A stretch of 64,000 nt of DNA from NCBI GenBank assembly GCA_965213675.1, contig OZ243916.1, forward strand, positions 3,232,001 through 3,296,000. The letters run 5' to 3'. The position numbers and the translations under genes are program-made. Source of the DNA: an uncultured Candidatus Binatia bacterium. GTDB lineage: Bacteria > Desulfobacterota > Binatia > UBA9968 > JAJDTQ01. The notes under the pieces are model-generated. The model searched no databases, was not told where the DNA came from, and saw only the letters and a program-made list of their open reading frames with translations. Shown piece by piece: positions 8,603-17,951 of the stretch (position 1 is its first letter; each line of letters starts with the position of its first letter).

Positions 8603-9580
8603 TCATCCCATCACGGCTCGGGCAGCCGCCTCGATGCGGCCCGCGGTGGGCGTCACGTAGTCCTCCAGCGGCGCCGCGAACGGGATCGGCACGTGCGGGA
8701 TGGCGACCCGCTTGATGGGCGCCTTGAGGCTGTCGAAGGCCAGGTCCGCCATCAGCGCGGCGATGTTGGCGGCCACGCCGCAGTTGTCGTGGCTTTCGTC
8801 GGTGACCACCAGCCGGCCGGTCTTCCGCACCGAGGCCAGCAGGGTGTGGGTGTCCAGCGGCTCCAGCGTCCTCGGGTCCACCACCTCCGCCGAAAGGCCG
8901 TCTTGGGCCAGGGCTTCGGCCGCGGCCATGGCCCGGGGCACCTGCACACCCGAGGCCACGATGGTGACGTCGCTGCCTTCCCGCGCCACTGAGGCCATTC
9001 CGAACCCGGTCTCGTACGCGCCGTCGGGCACCGGCCCGCGCTCACCCAGGAGACGCTCATGGGCCAGGAAGATGGTGGGGTCCGGGCTCTTGAGGAGCGC
9101 GGTTCGCAGCAGACCCTTGGCGTCCGCCGGGGTGGCGGGCATGGCCACCTGCAGGCCGGGGGTGTTCCAGTACCAGGGCTGCGGGCTGCCGGAGTGCTGT
9201 ACGCCGCCACCGCCGCGGATGCCGTAGCGCATGAAATAGGTAACCGGCACGTTGGTCCGGCCGCCTGAGTTGGAGTACGCGATGGCGGCTTCGTTGTTGA
9301 TCTGCGGGATCGCTTCGTATGAGAACGTCGCGGTGCCGATGTCCACCAGCGGCCGCAGTCCGGCCATGGCCGCGCCCGCGGCGATGCCGCAGTAGCCCAA
9401 CTCCGCGATGGGCGGGGACTTGATGCGCCGTCCGTGTCGCTCGCGCACCGCGCGGAATCGCGCCGCGCCCGGGCCGGAACTCACCAAGCCGCCGCCGATC
9501 AGCACCACCCGCCGATCCTCCTCCATGGCCTCGGCCAATGCCTCGACCAACGCCTCTCCCAGGGTCATCTCGCGCGCCAT
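8603..9580 (-). CDS. 2-oxoacid/acetoin dehydrogenase E1 beta-like subunit
   Basis: PIAE.G, GLRP, HS, PATPADAKGLL, EVVDPRTLEPLD, SVRKTGRLVV motifs. Confidence 0.9.
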   Translation of the reverse strand: MAREMTLGEALVEALAEAMEEDRRVVLIGGGLVSSGPGAARFRAVRERHGRRIKSPPIAELGYCGIAAGAAMAGLRPLVDIGTATFSYEAIPQINNEAAIAYSNSGGRTNVPVTYFMRYGIRGGGGVQHSGSPQPWYWNTPGLQVAMPATPADAKGLLRTALLKSPDPTIFLAHERLLGERGPVPDGAYETGFGMASVAREGSDVTIVASGVQVPRAMAAAEALAQDGLSAEVVDPRTLEPLDTHTLLASVRKTGRLVVTDESHDNCGVAANIAALMADLAFDSLKAPIKRVAIPHVPIPFAAPLEDYVTPTAGRIEAAARAVMG

Positions 9581-9582
9581 GG

Positions 9583-10605
9583 CTATTCACCCCTTCCCGC
9601 ATAGGCGTAGCGCACCGCGGCCTCCGGCGGGGGCAGCGGGCTCGCCAGCGCGAACTGCGCTGCGGCGTCCGCTTCGCGCCGCACCTCCTCGTCGACCCGC
9701 ACCACGGTGTCCCGGTCGCATCCCTCGCTGGCCGCCAGCTCCCGCGCGTAGACCAGAATGCCGTCGCCCTCGGCGTACCAGGAGCGCACCTTCTCGGGCA
9801 CCGGGCTGGGGTCCCAAGCCCAGTGGATGTCCGTGACTCCGCCCACCAGCGTCGGGTGGGCGCCGTCGTTGCCCGGCCACGGGTGTGTGCGCGCCTCCAC
9901 GAAGAACGGCCCCTCACCCGCGCGGGTGCGTTGCACCAGTTGCTTCAGCGTGCCATGCACCTGGCCCACGTCGTCGCCGTTCACGGTGACCGTCTCGAGG
10001 TTGAGCGCGCGGGGAATGTTGGGCAGGTCGTCGGCGGCGTGGTCGGCATTGACCCTGCCGGCGCGCCGGTAGTTGTTCTCCATCACGAAGATCAGCGGCA
10101 GGTTCCACAGCCGCGCGATGTTCATGCTTTCATACGCCACGCCCTCGTCCATGGCGCCGTCGCCGAAGAAGACCACGGTGACGGCGTTGGACTCCAGCAC
10201 CTGGGCCGCCAGCGCCGCCCCGGAGGCAAGCGCCGTGCCGCCCCCCACGATGGCGGAAGTGTGAAGGATGTTCAGGTCGGGCGCCGCCACGTGGAAGGTC
10301 CCGCCCCGCCCCTGACAGTAGCCGGTTTCGCGGCCGATGATCTCCGCCAGCACCTTCCCGGGGTCGCCGCCCTTGGCGATGATGTGGCCGTGGTTCCGGT
10401 GGGTGCTGAAGAGGTAGTCTTCCGGCGCCAGGGCCGCGCATACGCCCACGCCGGTGGCCTCCTGGCCGATGTAGATGTGGAAGTGACCGCGGATGAGGCC
10501 CTGATGTTCCTCGTTGAACCGGACGACGTGTTCTTCGGCGCGCCGGATCATGAGCATCTTGCGCAGCAGTTCGAGCCGCTGGTCTCGTGGCATGTCGGGT
10601 AGCAT
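9583..10605 (-). CDS. TPP-dependent dehydrogenase E1 alpha-like subunit
   Basis: GQEA, THRNHGH, GRGG..H, TPP motif FFGDGA...MENN. Confidence 0.9.
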   Translation of the reverse strand: MLPDMPRDQRLELLRKMLMIRRAEEHVVRFNEEHQGLIRGHFHIYIGQEATGVGVCAALAPEDYLFSTHRNHGHIIAKGGDPGKVLAEIIGRETGYCQGRGGTFHVAAPDLNILHTSAIVGGGTALASGAALAAQVLESNAVTVVFFGDGAMDEGVAYESMNIARLWNLPLIFVMENNYRRAGRVNADHAADDLPNIPRALNLETVTVNGDDVGQVHGTLKQLVQRTRAGEGPFFVEARTHPWPGNDGAHPTLVGGVTDIHWAWDPSPVPEKVRSWYAEGDGILVYARELAASEGCDRDTVVRVDEEVRREADAAAQFALASPLPPPEAAVRYAYAGRGE

Positions 10606-10779
10606 AATCCCCTCCGGCTGGTTCGGTGTTGGCAGAATCTACCCCAATGTTGCAGAAGCTGGAAGCAAAAGAGGATCGGGAGGCGAGTGGGATGGGTTTG
10701 GCAAGGAGGGGGTTGTTGGGGAATGTCACTGTAGGTGAGGTTGAGCGGCAGAGCAGGGTCATCGGAAACTTTACGAAGC

Positions 10780-10930
10780 GTCATTCCCGGGACGCGGCCG
10801 TTTCAAAACTCCGCTCGGACAGGAAATGGCAGGGACTCCCCGGACCGTCATTCCCGCTTCCGCGGGAATGACGGTCCGGGGGGTCCCTGCCACATCAGCT
10901 TTGACACAGCTACGGAAGCGGCAATCCAGG
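10780..10930. repeat. nested REP composite (GTCATTCCCG...AATCCAGG) containing a 31-bp hairpin (10827-10892)
   Basis: 30/31-bp inverted repeat around a TTCC loop, bracketed by GCCGTTTCAAAA / CTTTGACACAGC ends. Confidence 0.8.
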
Positions 10931-10973
10931 CGTGGCGTGGTGGGGAAACCAAGTTCGAGGGAGGGTCCGACGG

Positions 10974-12131
10974 TCACAAGCGGAAGAACTCGATGGCGTT
11001 GGCGGCGACCATGCGGTGGCGCTCGTCGTCGGGGACGCCGTTCATCTGCGAGTCGAGAAGCTCCCGGGAGTGGGGCCAGCGGGTGACCACGTGGGGGAAG
11101 TCGCTGCCCCACAGCATGCGGTCCACGCCGACGTCGTGGCGCAGGCGCACGCCCACGTGATCTTCGAAGAAGCCCCAACAGGCGTGTTCCCGCAGGTACT
11201 CGCTGGGAAGGCGCTTGAGCCGTGGCAGTCCCAATTGGCGTTCGGCCCAGAAGCGGTTGACGGAGTACTCGTGGTCCATCTGTTCGTAGAAGTACGGTAG
11301 CCAGCCGGCGTTGTTCTCGGCCCAGTAGACCCGCAGCCTGGGAAAGCGGTCGAAGATCCCGGCCACCACCATCTGGCTCGCCTCCACGGAACCGGAGTGA
11401 TACGGGGCCTGGCGCGCGAGGCGCTGGATGAAGTCGGTGGGCGGCCGGCGCTCGCCGGGCGGTTGCTGGGGGTAGCCGAACAGGGGTGTCTCGCGCGATC
11501 CCACCTTGGTGGTGAAGGATGTGTGCACCACCACCGGCATGTCCAGGTCCAGGGCCGCGGCCCAGAAGCGGTCGTCCTCCGGGGAGGGAAAGCTCCGGCC
11601 GCTGGGATACGTGGCGAGCCAGACCGCCTTGCAGCCGAGGCTCTTGCAGTGCTCCAGCTCGGCGATGTCGTCCTCGACGCCGCGGTTGGGCAGCACGCCC
11701 ACGCCGATGAGGCGTTCGGGGTCCACGGCGCAGTATTCCTCGGCCATGTACTCGTTGAAGTGATGAATGATGCCGGTGAAGGCTTCCTGGTCGCGGATGG
11801 CGGGGTTGCGCACGTCCAGGGCGAACAGCACCTCGGCGTCAACGCCGTCCTGGTCCTGTTCGCGCAGGCGCTGCTCCGGGCCACCGCATCCCGGGGTGTG
11901 GTCGAAGTCGATGACCGCGGGATCGAATTCTTCGGGCGGGCGGCCGGCGTAGTAGCTGGTGCCGCCGTAGATCAGCGGCCGCCCTTCCTTCAGCAGCGCG
12001 TCACGGCCGTCGGCCAGGCGGATACGGCGCGTCATCCGTTCCCGGTACCTGGCGGGAACGCGATGGCGCCACAGGTCCGGTGGCGCTTCGAAGTGGCTGT
12101 CGGCGGAAATGCAACGGTACTCTCGCGCCAT
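10974..12131 (-). CDS. amidohydrolase family 2 protein
   Basis: ISADSH, DQDGVDAEVLF, DRFWAAA.DLDMPVVVH, DRFPRL, MLWGSDFPH. Confidence 0.9.
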   Translation of the reverse strand: MAREYRCISADSHFEAPPDLWRHRVPARYRERMTRRIRLADGRDALLKEGRPLIYGGTSYYAGRPPEEFDPAVIDFDHTPGCGGPEQRLREQDQDGVDAEVLFALDVRNPAIRDQEAFTGIIHHFNEYMAEEYCAVDPERLIGVGVLPNRGVEDDIAELEHCKSLGCKAVWLATYPSGRSFPSPEDDRFWAAALDLDMPVVVHTSFTTKVGSRETPLFGYPQQPPGERRPPTDFIQRLARQAPYHSGSVEASQMVVAGIFDRFPRLRVYWAENNAGWLPYFYEQMDHEYSVNRFWAERQLGLPRLKRLPSEYLREHACWGFFEDHVGVRLRHDVGVDRMLWGSDFPHVVTRWPHSRELLDSQMNGVPDDERHRMVAANAIEFFRL

Positions 12132-12270
12132 GAGACGATTTCCTGGGGCCGTGTCCCTCAATTTCCTGCGTCAGGTTCCGGAGACAAGCTCCAGCGACAA
12201 TTTGCAGGGGCCACCGGGGCGAACGCCGGTCGCCCCGGCCGGATGGCGCCCGACACAGGGACCGCCGGCT

Positions 12271-13116
12271 TCAGGTTTCCTCCCCGGACAGCGGCCAATC
12301 CAGCCATTCCGCCAGCGCCCGCCCGAGGATCCATTCCTTCTCGTCGTCGGTCAGGTCGAGTTCGTCGGTGAACAGCGCCAGCGCCTGCCGGTAGGGGCAG
12401 GGCAGGTGCGACAGGTCGGTGCCCCAGAATACGCGCTCGGGTCCGAAGGCATCGACCACGCGGCGCACCTGCGGGTGGAGCGACGGATAAGGATAGCTCT
12501 CGGTGGAATAGCACGGTAGCGCGGAGGCCTTCACCGCCACGTTGGGCAGAGCCGCCAGCTTCACCACGCCGTCCACGATGGGTCCCAAGGGCTTCCCCAC
12601 AAGGCTGTTGTTGAGTCCCATGTGATCGATGCACAGCCGGAGCCCCGGATGGCGCGCGGCCACCTCGGCCAGTCGCGGCAGGTGGTGCGGCGCCAGCGCC
12701 ATCACCGGGACGTCGTGGCGTTCGGCCGCGGCCCAGAACCAGTCGATGCTGCCGTCGTCGAGCCACGTGCGGTAACGCCCGCGATGGAACGTCAGGCGGA
12801 TGCCGAGCATGCCGGGCTGTTCCTTCCACGCGGCCATGCGCTCCCGGCTTTCGGGGGCGTCGAGGGTCAACCGGCCCATGACCGCGAAGCGGTCGGGATG
12901 GAGCTGGGCGGCCGCCAGGGAGGTGTCGTTGCGGTCGGCTTCCCACGTGGGCGGCACCAGTACGGCTCGGGCCACTCCGGCCGAGTCCATCTCGCGCAGC
13001 AGTTCCTCGTGACCGAGGGGCTCCGGGCGGTGCGGTTTGGCGGCATCCACCCGATCCCAAGGCTTTTCCGGGGTTTCCGGCGCCCAGATGTGCACCTGTG
13101 AGTCGATGATGTGCAT
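12271..13116 (-). CDS. amidohydrolase family 2 protein (lactonase-like)
   Basis: IIDSQVH, GIRL, CIDHMG, VAVKAS, FGPERVFWGTD. Confidence 0.9.
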   Translation of the reverse strand: MHIIDSQVHIWAPETPEKPWDRVDAAKPHRPEPLGHEELLREMDSAGVARAVLVPPTWEADRNDTSLAAAQLHPDRFAVMGRLTLDAPESRERMAAWKEQPGMLGIRLTFHRGRYRTWLDDGSIDWFWAAAERHDVPVMALAPHHLPRLAEVAARHPGLRLCIDHMGLNNSLVGKPLGPIVDGVVKLAALPNVAVKASALPCYSTESYPYPSLHPQVRRVVDAFGPERVFWGTDLSHLPCPYRQALALFTDELDLTDDEKEWILGRALAEWLDWPLSGEET

Positions 13117-13189
13117 GGTGGAGGCCTCCAGCCGGGTGTCCGGCGTCACGTGCCGCTGGGGGCTTCGATCCGCGTTGCCGGGCGGTCCT

Positions 13190-14362
13190 TTACGGCGCAG
13201 GCTCCTGGGCTTCGGCGTCCCGGTAGGTCCACTGGAAGCCGTGGTCGCGGTAGACCTCGTCGGGCATCAGGCTGGTCAGCCCGCGCTTGTCCAGTTCGCC
13301 CTCGAAGCGCTCGCGGATTTGCGGATCCTCGTCCGCGTACTCGATCTGGTCCTTGGCGCGGTCCTCGACCTTCTCGGCGTGGCCGCGGAATTGCCGCGGC
13401 GGGTGCAGCGCGAGGTAGCGCGCCGGCGTGCCGCCGGCGTTGAAGTGCTGGTGGAACCACTTGCCCGGCGGCACGAACATGCTTGCCTCGTGCCATGGCG
13501 CCACCACTTTCTCCTTGCCCTCCTCCCAGAGGATGGAGTAGCCCTCGCCCCCGGGGATGACGATGACCCGGCCCGGACCGTGGCGGTGCGCCTTCTTGTA
13601 GGTGCGCGACGGGAACACCGACATGTGGCAGGACATCTCGGAGTTGGGAAAGGTCATGAGCACGCTGTGTCCGCCCGCGCCGCGCCGGCTGCTGCGGTTG
13701 AGCTTGTTCCAGGAGCCCATGTCGGGAAAGAAGTTGCCGTACCAGAAGATGCCGGCGCGCCCGCCCCAGGTGCGCTTGGGGTCGCCGTCGCGCACCAGCT
13801 TGGCTTCGGAGTAGAGCTGGCCGCCGCTGCCGAGATGGTCCTGGCCCTCGTAATGGTTGTTGAAGAAGTACTCAGGGTCGGTGTTGAGCGACAGCGCCAG
13901 CGGCAGGTAGCTGTAGCGCAGGAGGCGCGCCGGCTGATCGCCGCGCATGTTGCTCAGGGTGTGGTGGTAGTTGTGCGGGATCTGGAACAGGCTGCGGGGC
14001 TGCCACTCGAAACTGGTCTTGTGGCCGTTGTCGCCCAGCCACACGGTGGTGACGCCGTGGCCCTGGAGCACGTAGACCAGTTCGTCCAGCCCGAACTTGA
14101 GCGGCGGCAGGGTCCCGCCGGGCGGGATCTCCTGCACCATGGCGGAAGTGACACCCTCCTGGCCCACGAGCTGGATGAAGGCGCTCTCGCACCCGCGCGC
14201 CTCCCACCAGCCCAGCTCCACCGTTCGCAGGTCTTCGATGAAGTAGCCCCGGTGTATCGGCACTCGGGTGGAGGCCATCCAGTCGTCGTAGGTGTATTCC
14301 TTGACTTCCAGCTCGGGAGGCAGGGAATCGTCGGAACTCGTGTCGGTGTCAACCTGCGCCAT
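13190..14362 (-). CDS. bicupin (two cupin domains) protein, possibly dioxygenase-like
   Basis: DELVYVLQGHG in domain 1; AHRHGPG and WFHQHFN in domain 2. Confidence 0.75.
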   Translation of the reverse strand: MAQVDTDTSSDDSLPPELEVKEYTYDDWMASTRVPIHRGYFIEDLRTVELGWWEARGCESAFIQLVGQEGVTSAMVQEIPPGGTLPPLKFGLDELVYVLQGHGVTTVWLGDNGHKTSFEWQPRSLFQIPHNYHHTLSNMRGDQPARLLRYSYLPLALSLNTDPEYFFNNHYEGQDHLGSGGQLYSEAKLVRDGDPKRTWGGRAGIFWYGNFFPDMGSWNKLNRSSRRGAGGHSVLMTFPNSEMSCHMSVFPSRTYKKAHRHGPGRVIVIPGGEGYSILWEEGKEKVVAPWHEASMFVPPGKWFHQHFNAGGTPARYLALHPPRQFRGHAEKVEDRAKDQIEYADEDPQIRERFEGELDKRGLTSLMPDEVYRDHGFQWTYRDAEAQEPAP

Positions 14363-14489
14363 CAATTGCGTCTCCTTGCACGGCCCCGCGCCACCGGGAT
14401 TCGCGCCCCCGGATCCGGAACCGGGTCAGGGGCGGGCTCTCGCGGCATGACGCCGGGGCGATGGGTTTGTTGGGTGCGGTCCTCGTGCG

Positions 14490-14915
14490 CTACGAGGCGG
14501 CCACCTCTTCGTAAGTAGGTTCAGGCATGCCGCTCTTCCATGTCGGGTCGCGCAACTCCAGCCGGTTGCCGCTGGGGTCCGCGAAATAGAGTTCGCGGCC
14601 CGGGAAGTAGCCGCCCTTGCGATAGTAGAGCTCGGCCACGTCCACGTTCTTTTCCTTGAAGAGCTTGCACGCCTCGTTCAGGCTCTCCGGGCTGACCGTG
14701 AAGGAGTGGTGCACGCGGTCGTCCTCGGGCTTGGCCGGCAGTTCCCGGCGTTCGCACAACAGGATGTTGTGATCGCCCACGTTGAAGCAAGCCATGACGT
14801 TGTTGGCGAGCCGACCCAGGGACTTGAGCCCCAGCAGGTCGCCGTAGAACTTCTCCGCCTCACCCAGGTCGTTCACGGGGATGGACCAATGCGTCACGCC
14901 TTCGATCTTGAGCAT
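14490..14915 (-). CDS. VOC/glyoxalase family protein
   Basis: THWSIPVNDL..AEKFY..LLGL, HHSF, YFADPSGNRLEL. Confidence 0.9.
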   Translation of the reverse strand: MLKIEGVTHWSIPVNDLGEAEKFYGDLLGLKSLGRLANNVMACFNVGDHNILLCERRELPAKPEDDRVHHSFTVSPESLNEACKLFKEKNVDVAELYYRKGGYFPGRELYFADPSGNRLELRDPTWKSGMPEPTYEEVAAS

Positions 14916-14971
14916 CTGTCTGTCTCCTTTCGGGCGGCCATCCCTCATGGGCGGCCTACAGGCCAACCTAG

Positions 14972-15128
14972 TGTGGTGTCTGGTTAATACGCGTCATAAT
15001 CTGCGGGTCTTTTTCGCCGTCGGCTGCGTGGCTCTTCCTCGCGTGGTACCCGCCACTGCTCGTCATCGCGCCTTGCCGACGACAAAAAATCCTCCGCAGA
15101 TTATGACGCGAATTAACCAGACACCACA
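14972..15128 (+). mobile_element. 157-bp MITE copy 2 (TIR subfamily A)
   Basis: Near-identical to 2804-2960; CTAG at 14968-14971 and 15129-15132. Confidence 0.9.
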
Positions 15129-15174
15129 CTAGCTGACCTCACGGCCACTCATCAAGGGAATTGTGTTTCCATTA

Positions 15175-15190
15175 CATTGTAACTACAATG
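15175..15190 (+). promoter_or_regulatory. palindromic operator CATTGTA-AC-TACAATG upstream of brnT
   Basis: Perfect 7-bp inverted repeat 11 bp before the brnT start; typical of TA autoregulation. Confidence 0.65.
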
Positions 15191-15201
15191 CCAGGGTAGC
15201 C

Positions 15202-15498
15202 ATGATCGAGTTCCAATGGGATGAGTGGAAGCATGCGGCCAACAAGTGCAAGCACGGGATCGGTTTCGACGAGGCGCAGACCGTGTTTCACGACCCTTGC
15301 GCCCTGCTCATCGAGGATCCGGAGCATTCCATCGACGAGGATCGCTTCGTCCTTCTTGGACTGAGTGCTTCGCTTCGGACTCTGGTCGTCTGCCACTGCT
15401 ACCGGGAGAATGACGCGGTCATCCGGATCATCTCGGCGCGACGCGCGAATCGCGTGGAGCGTGCACAGTACAATCACAGGTGGAACCATGAGAGATAA
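15202..15498 (+). CDS. brnT: BrnT family toxin
   Basis: FQWDE.K..AN..KHGIGF.EA..VF.DP, EDRF..LG, IRIISARRA. Confidence 0.9.
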   Translation: MIEFQWDEWKHAANKCKHGIGFDEAQTVFHDPCALLIEDPEHSIDEDRFVLLGLSASLRTLVVCHCYRENDAVIRIISARRANRVERAQYNHRWNHER

Positions 15499-15691
15499 CT
15501 ACGACTTCGCGAAGGCCAAGCGCAATCCATACGCCAGGCACCTGAAGAAACAGGTAACGCTCCGGTTGGATCAGGACACGCTTGCCTACTTCAAGGCGCT
15601 CGCGGCACAGAACGGCGTTCCTTACCAGACCTTGATCAATCTGTACCTGCGTGACTGCGCCACGAGCGGAAAGAAGCTCGTGTTTCGCTGA
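15488..15691 (+). CDS. brnA: BrnA family antitoxin
   Basis: MRDNYDF.KAKRNPY...KKQVTLRLD....YFK......VPYQTLINLYL; overlaps brnT. Confidence 0.9.
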   Translation: MRDNYDFAKAKRNPYARHLKKQVTLRLDQDTLAYFKALAAQNGVPYQTLINLYLRDCATSGKKLVFR

Positions 15692-15709
15692 CACGGGATC
15701 CGGAACGCC

Positions 15710-17605
15710 TCACGCCCTGGGATACCCCAGCCGGCTCAGGTCCTCCCGAATTTCATCCAGAATGGCCGGGTCGTCGATGGTGGCGGGGGTCTTGTAGGGG
15801 GCGCCGTCGGCCATGCTCCGCACGGTGCCGCGCAGGATCTTGCCGGAGCGCGTCTTGGGCAGGCGCTTCACCAGCAGGGCCTGCTTGAAATCGGCCACCG
15901 GCCCGATCTTCTCGCGCACGAGGCTCACCAGCTCGGGCGCCAGTGTCTCCTCGGTAATTTCCACCCCCGCTTTCACCACGACCAGGCCCAGCGGCAGTTG
16001 ACCCTTGAGCGCGTCGGCCACGCCCAGCACGGCGCACTCGGCCACCGCCGGGTGGGCGGCCAGCACCTCTTCCATGGCGCCGGTGGAGAGCCGGTGTCCG
16101 GCGACGTTGATGACGTCGTCCATGCGCCCCATGATCCACAAATAGCCGTCTTCGTCGCAATAGCCGCCGTCCGAGGTGACGTAGTAGCCGGGATGCTGTT
16201 CAAGGTAGGCCTTGCGGTAGCCGTCCTCGTTGTTCCACAGGGTCGGCAGGCAGCCCGGCGGCAGCGGCAGCTTCACGGTGATGCTGCCCATGGCGCCGGC
16301 AGGCAGTTCGCGGCCCGCGTCGTCCAGCACGCGCACGTCGTATCCCGGCACCGCGCGTGTGGGCGAGCCGGGCTTCACCGGGAGCGGCTCGATGCCCATG
16401 CAGTTGGCCGCGATGGGCCAGCCGGTTTCGGTCTGCCACCAGTGGTCGATGACCGGCACCCCGAGCATCTCCCGCGCCCACACCAGTGTGTCGGGGTCGC
16501 AACGCTCGCCGGCCAGGAACAGGGTGCGGAAACGGCTGAGGTCGTATCTACGGACGTGGGCGCCGTCCGGGTCCTCCTTCTTGATGGCCCGGAAGGCCGT
16601 GGGCGCGGTGAACAGCACGTTTACGTCGTGCTCGCTCACGACGCGCCAGAAGGCGCCGGGGTCGGGGGTGCCCACGGGCTTGCCCTCGTAGAGCACGGTG
16701 GTGCAGCCTTTCAGCAGGGGCGCGTAGACGATGTAGGAATGGCCCACCACCCAGCCCACGTCCGAGGCCGCCCAGTACACCTCTCCGGCGTCCACGCCGT
16801 AGATGTTCTTCATGCTCCACTTGAGCGCCACGGCGTGGCCGCCGTTGTCGCGCACGATGCCCTTGGGCTGTCCGGTGGTGCCCGACGTGTACAGGATGTA
16901 GAGCGGATCGGTGGCGGCCACGGGGACGCACGGGGCCGGTTCGGCGGCGGCCACGGCTTCAGTCCAGTCCACGTCCCGGCCCGCGCTCATGGCGGCCTCG
17001 ACCTGAGGCCGTTGCAGCACCACGCAGGCGGCGGGCTTGTGGCGCGCCAGGCGGATGGCCTCGTCCAGCAGCGGCTTGTATGCGACGATGCGGTTGACCT
17101 CGATGCCGCAGCTCGCGCTCACGATGACCTTGGGCCGGGCGTCGTCGATGCGGGTGGCGAGTTCGCTGGCGGCAAAGCCGCCGAAGACCACCGAGTGCAC
17201 CGCGCCCAGGCGCGCGCACGCCAGCATGGCCACCACCGCCTCGGGCACCATGGGCATGTACACGATGACCCGGTCCCCCGCGCCCACGCCGTGGTGGCGC
17301 AGCGCCCCCGCGAACAGGGCTGCCGCGTCGCGCAGTTCGGCGTAGGTGAAGACCCTGGTGCTCCCGGTCACCGGGCTGTCGTAAATCAACGCCGGGCGGG
17401 TGCCGCGGCCCTGCTCCACGTGCACGTCCAGGGCGTTGTAGCAGGTGTTGAGGGCGCCGCCGGCGAACCACCGGTAGAAGGGCGGACGCGTGTCGTCGAG
17501 CACGCGCTCCCAAGGCTTGTCCCAGTGGATGTCCTCCGCGGCCTCGGCCCAGAAGCCCTCCGGGTCTCTCAGCGCCCGCTGGTAAACGTCCGTGTGGTTG
17601 CTCAT
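15710..17605 (-). CDS. prpE: propionyl-/acetyl-CoA synthetase
   Basis: LYTSGTTGQPKG, DHWWQTETG, GRMDDVINVAGHRL, LPKTRSGKILR. Confidence 0.85.
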   Translation of the reverse strand: MSNHTDVYQRALRDPEGFWAEAAEDIHWDKPWERVLDDTRPPFYRWFAGGALNTCYNALDVHVEQGRGTRPALIYDSPVTGSTRVFTYAELRDAAALFAGALRHHGVGAGDRVIVYMPMVPEAVVAMLACARLGAVHSVVFGGFAASELATRIDDARPKVIVSASCGIEVNRIVAYKPLLDEAIRLARHKPAACVVLQRPQVEAAMSAGRDVDWTEAVAAAEPAPCVPVAATDPLYILYTSGTTGQPKGIVRDNGGHAVALKWSMKNIYGVDAGEVYWAASDVGWVVGHSYIVYAPLLKGCTTVLYEGKPVGTPDPGAFWRVVSEHDVNVLFTAPTAFRAIKKEDPDGAHVRRYDLSRFRTLFLAGERCDPDTLVWAREMLGVPVIDHWWQTETGWPIAANCMGIEPLPVKPGSPTRAVPGYDVRVLDDAGRELPAGAMGSITVKLPLPPGCLPTLWNNEDGYRKAYLEQHPGYYVTSDGGYCDEDGYLWIMGRMDDVINVAGHRLSTGAMEEVLAAHPAVAECAVLGVADALKGQLPLGLVVVKAGVEITEETLAPELVSLVREKIGPVADFKQALLVKRLPKTRSGKILRGTVRSMADGAPYKTPATIDDPAILDEIREDLSRLGYPRA

Positions 17606-17951
17606 TCGCGTCTCCCTCGCGTCTCCCGATCGCGTCCCCCGGAGGGTCCTCCATAAACCGGGAGGACATCCGCCCGCAACCCAGGACCATTCAAGAGTCC
17701 GGGTTCCCGTTATCATGACCGCCCTTGGGTTCCCGCATTCGCAGGAATGACGGAAGGACGAAAATGACAAGGGGGAGCACGGCACTCTTGAAGAGTCCTG
17801 CGGCTCGGCGGGTTGGCTTTGACAGTGCTCCCTGAGTTGGTCTACGAACCTTGTTCGTGCAGAGGGTTTTGGCTTTCGGTCCTCTTTTCTCGGATATGTT
17901 CTCGGATAATTCGTTGGCGGGCGCAGGGAACATGAACTCGGCGGGTCTCAC

